A stretch of 63,587 bases of DNA, filler included, from Welwitschia mirabilis (lineage: Eukaryota), in NCBI GenBank assembly GCA_051453625.1. It is 9 parts of one record of this genome, joined end to end, with 100 filler letters (N's around TTAATTAATTAA, not from the genome) between each part and the next. Parts side by side here need not be neighbours in the genome. Positions count along the whole stretch, not along the records: positions 60,701 to 63,587 come from JBOZIK010000001.1; 8 more parts are not named here. The stretch is one strand, 5' to 3'. Below are positions 60,701 to 63,587 of this stretch, piece by piece. The notes beneath the pieces were generated by a model, which worked only from the letters and a program-made list of their open reading frames with translations, had not been told where the DNA came from and searched no databases. The position numbers were made by a program, and so were the translations under genes. Every line of letters starts with the position of its first letter. Position 1 is the stretch's first letter.

Positions 60701-63587
60701 TTCAAAGATCCTGAGGCTACAATTGTTAGTATTACTTTAGAAGGAAACAAAAGAATTAGAAAAGCTTTGATTGACATAGGTGCAAGTGTGACAATCATGC
60801 CTCTTCATATATGTAAAATACTTGGGTTAGAAAGCAGAGTTGAACCTATACCTATCATCCTAGAGTTATCCGATACCTCAATCAAGAAACCTATAGGGAT
60901 TATCAAAGATCTAGTTATTCAAATTGAGAAAGATTTTTATCCCATAGATGTTGTCATAATTGAAATAGAGCATGATGAAGAATATCCACTACTTCTAGGA
61001 ATTGCCTNNNNNNNNNNCCAATTTGACAATAAAGAAATTACAATTATATTCTTTGATGCTACTGAAAAAGATACAAGAACGGATTTCAACATTGAATATT
61101 ACTTGAAAACAACTCTATTTTTACAACATCAATCCATAGAAGAGAGATTAATCATGCTACAAGAGCTAACTTTGTATGGTGACCCAACTAAAATAAATTG
61201 TCTTGAGTCTGAGGATGAAGTTTTTGAAGATGAGGAAGAAATTCAACATCTATACTCTATAGAAAAGATTTTTGAAGAGTGTCTTCCCATGACTGTCATC
61301 CCCATGACAGATAGGATGACAGCCCAGCATAACCTCCATGAGCTTAAGAAATTACCCCAAGGTCTAAAATACATATTTTTGTTTGAAAATCAAACAAAAC
61401 CCTTGATAATCAGTGATCTTCTTACTCCTCAACAAATATTAGATTTGATCTCACTCTTAGAATTAAAGAAAAATGTTTTTGCTTGGACACATAAAGACTT
61501 AGATGTCATTCCTCTTTCCATAGTGTAATATAAAATCTATCTTGAAGACAATGTTAAACCTATTAGGAAATATCAAAGAAGACTGAATCCAGCCCTTAAA
61601 CAAATTGTCAAAAATGAAATCATTAAACTTATGGATGCTAGAATTATTTATGCCATAGCTGATATTGAGTGGGTTAGCCCTTTAATAGTAGTGCCAAAGA
61701 TAGGAGGGAAATGAGGAATGTGCATTGATTTTAGAAAACTCAATGAGTCACCAAAAATGATTATCATCCTTTAACCTTTCTTGATCAAGTTCTTGATAGA
61801 ATCCAAGGTTATGCATATTATTGTTTTCTTGATGGGTATAGTTGCTATAATCAAATTTGCATAGTGAGTGAAGACCAAGCTAAAACTACCTTCACATCTC
61901 CTTTGGGATCCTTTTATTTTAAATGAATGCCCTTTGAACTTTGCAATGCTCTTGAAACCTTTCAAAAATCCATGATGGGAATTTTTTTCTGATATGATAG
62001 AAGACTTTATTAAAATATTTACGGAGGACTTCTCCATCTTTGAAGATACTTTTAAACAAACTGTAATGAGGTTAGAAAAAGTCCTTACTTGATGTATTGA
62101 TAGTGGTTTATACTTGAGTTGGGAAAAGAGTTTCTTTCTTGTCTAACATGGAATTGTTTTAAGTCATCAAATTTCAAAATAAGAGATTAGAATGGATCCC
62201 ACAGAAGTAGACATCATTACAAACCTTAACCCTCTAACAAATGTCAAACAAGTTAGATATTTCCTTGGACATGCCGATTTTTACCATCAATTCATCTATG
62301 ACTATGCTAAAACTTATAAACCTCTCCACTCCTTACTTGAAAAAGATGTTAAATTCAAGTAGACTAATTCTTGCCAACTTGTTTTTGAAACTCTTAAGGA
62401 AAACATTTCTTCTAAACCTATGGTCACAAGTCCTAATTGAAATAAAGATTTTGAATTTATGTGTGATGCAAGCAACATTACTATAGGGGACGTTCTTACT
62501 AAAAAATATGAGAATGGTTTCAAATTCATATCTTATCTTAGCAAAACTTTAACAAGTATCCAATCAAACTACACTACCACTGAGAGAGAAATGCTTGCTA
62601 TCAGCTTTTGCTTAGACCATCTTTGACACTATATTCTTGGTTTTTACATTAATGTTTACATCGATCATACATTTATCTGCTATCTCATGACTAAAAAAGA
62701 TTTGAGTGCCAGACTTATTATATGGATCCTTGTAATGCAAGAATTTAATCTTACCATCATTGACAATGCTAGGAAACATAATAGCTTTTCCGATCATCTT
62801 TCTCGACTTACTTACTTCCTTGATGAAACTCCCATTAATGACTCCTTCTCGGATGAGTAACTCTTTATAATCAAACAACTTTATGCTATTTCTTCTTCTC
62901 ACCCCGCTCCTTGGTATGCTAAAATCATAAATTACCTAGCAACTATGAAGACTTCTTAGTATTAAAACCATAATCAACGAAAAATCTTTCTTCATAGAAT
63001 CGGTGACTATGAGTGGAATGAACCTCATTTTTATAGACTTTGCAAAGATCAGATTATGTGTAAATGTGTGCCTAAATGGGAAACATTAGAAATTTTAAAA
63101 ATTTGTCATGGTGGAGTTTGTGGGGGTCACTTTAGTGGCCAAAATACTACTATGAAAATTCTTCACTCTGGTTTTTATTGACCCACTCTTTTTAAGGGTT
63201 TCAGAAGTGTGATACTTGTCAACATTATGATAGCCTCACTCGTTCTCATGATATGCTCCTTAAACCTATACTTGAATGTAAACCTTTTGATTATTGGAGA
63301 ATTGACTTTGTAGGTCCAATTTCACCACCTTCTAATAAGAAGAATTATATCTTAGTAGTTGTGAATTATATTACTAAGTGGGTTGAAGCTACTCTAACCA
63401 TAAAAAATGATGCTCAAACTATTTGCAACTTTATTCAAACTCATATTTTTCAATGATTTGGTTTTCCGTGAATTATCATTAGTGATCAAGGAACATACTT
63501 CATTAATCACCTCTTTCAAAAACTTCTTCTATCTATTAGCGTTAAACATAGAATTGCTTATGCCTATCATCCTCAAACCAATTGTTA
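60701..63587 (+). mobile_element. Athila-like Ty3/gypsy pol (protease, RT, RNase H, integrase), degenerate
   Basis: KALIDIGASVTIMP, WVSPLIVVPK, MCIDFRKLNE, YYCFLDGY, FEFMCDASN, YTTTEREMLA, CHGGVCGGHF, FDYWRIDFVGP, IISDQGTYF, AYHPQT. Confidence 0.93.

Overview
Draft-assembly window from a large, TE-rich land-plant nuclear genome; the species cannot be named from the sequence. It has many N gaps, including 100-nt spacers carrying TTAATTAATTAA. The only host gene is a minus-strand C-terminal-motor kinesin-14 of the ATK1/KatA type. Ten frame-consistent GT-AG coding exons (494 codons, 26153 down to 8214) were traced by hand; the rest of the motor domain lies left of the window or in gaps. Intron 5 (~14 kb) and intron 10 (>8.2 kb) are packed with transposons: two TSD-bounded Copia elements, a ~290-bp TRIM, a probable non-autonomous hAT element, two L1 fragments, a rearranged Sirevirus-type Copia and an RTE/RTEX-like LINE. 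From ~27.2 kb to the end the DNA is AT-rich, deamination-eroded and nested with TEs. It holds a probable tRNA-derived SINE, a 2.65-kb tandem duplication with a Sirevirus solo LTR in one copy, a chromovirus-like Gypsy interrupted by a Sirevirus, Athila-like pieces, an env-like ORF relic and a CACTA end. No wholly new biological system is demonstrable. The best leads are small non-autonomous elements that ORF-based annotation would miss, a structured LINE leader, and the TE-stuffed introns of an intact gene.
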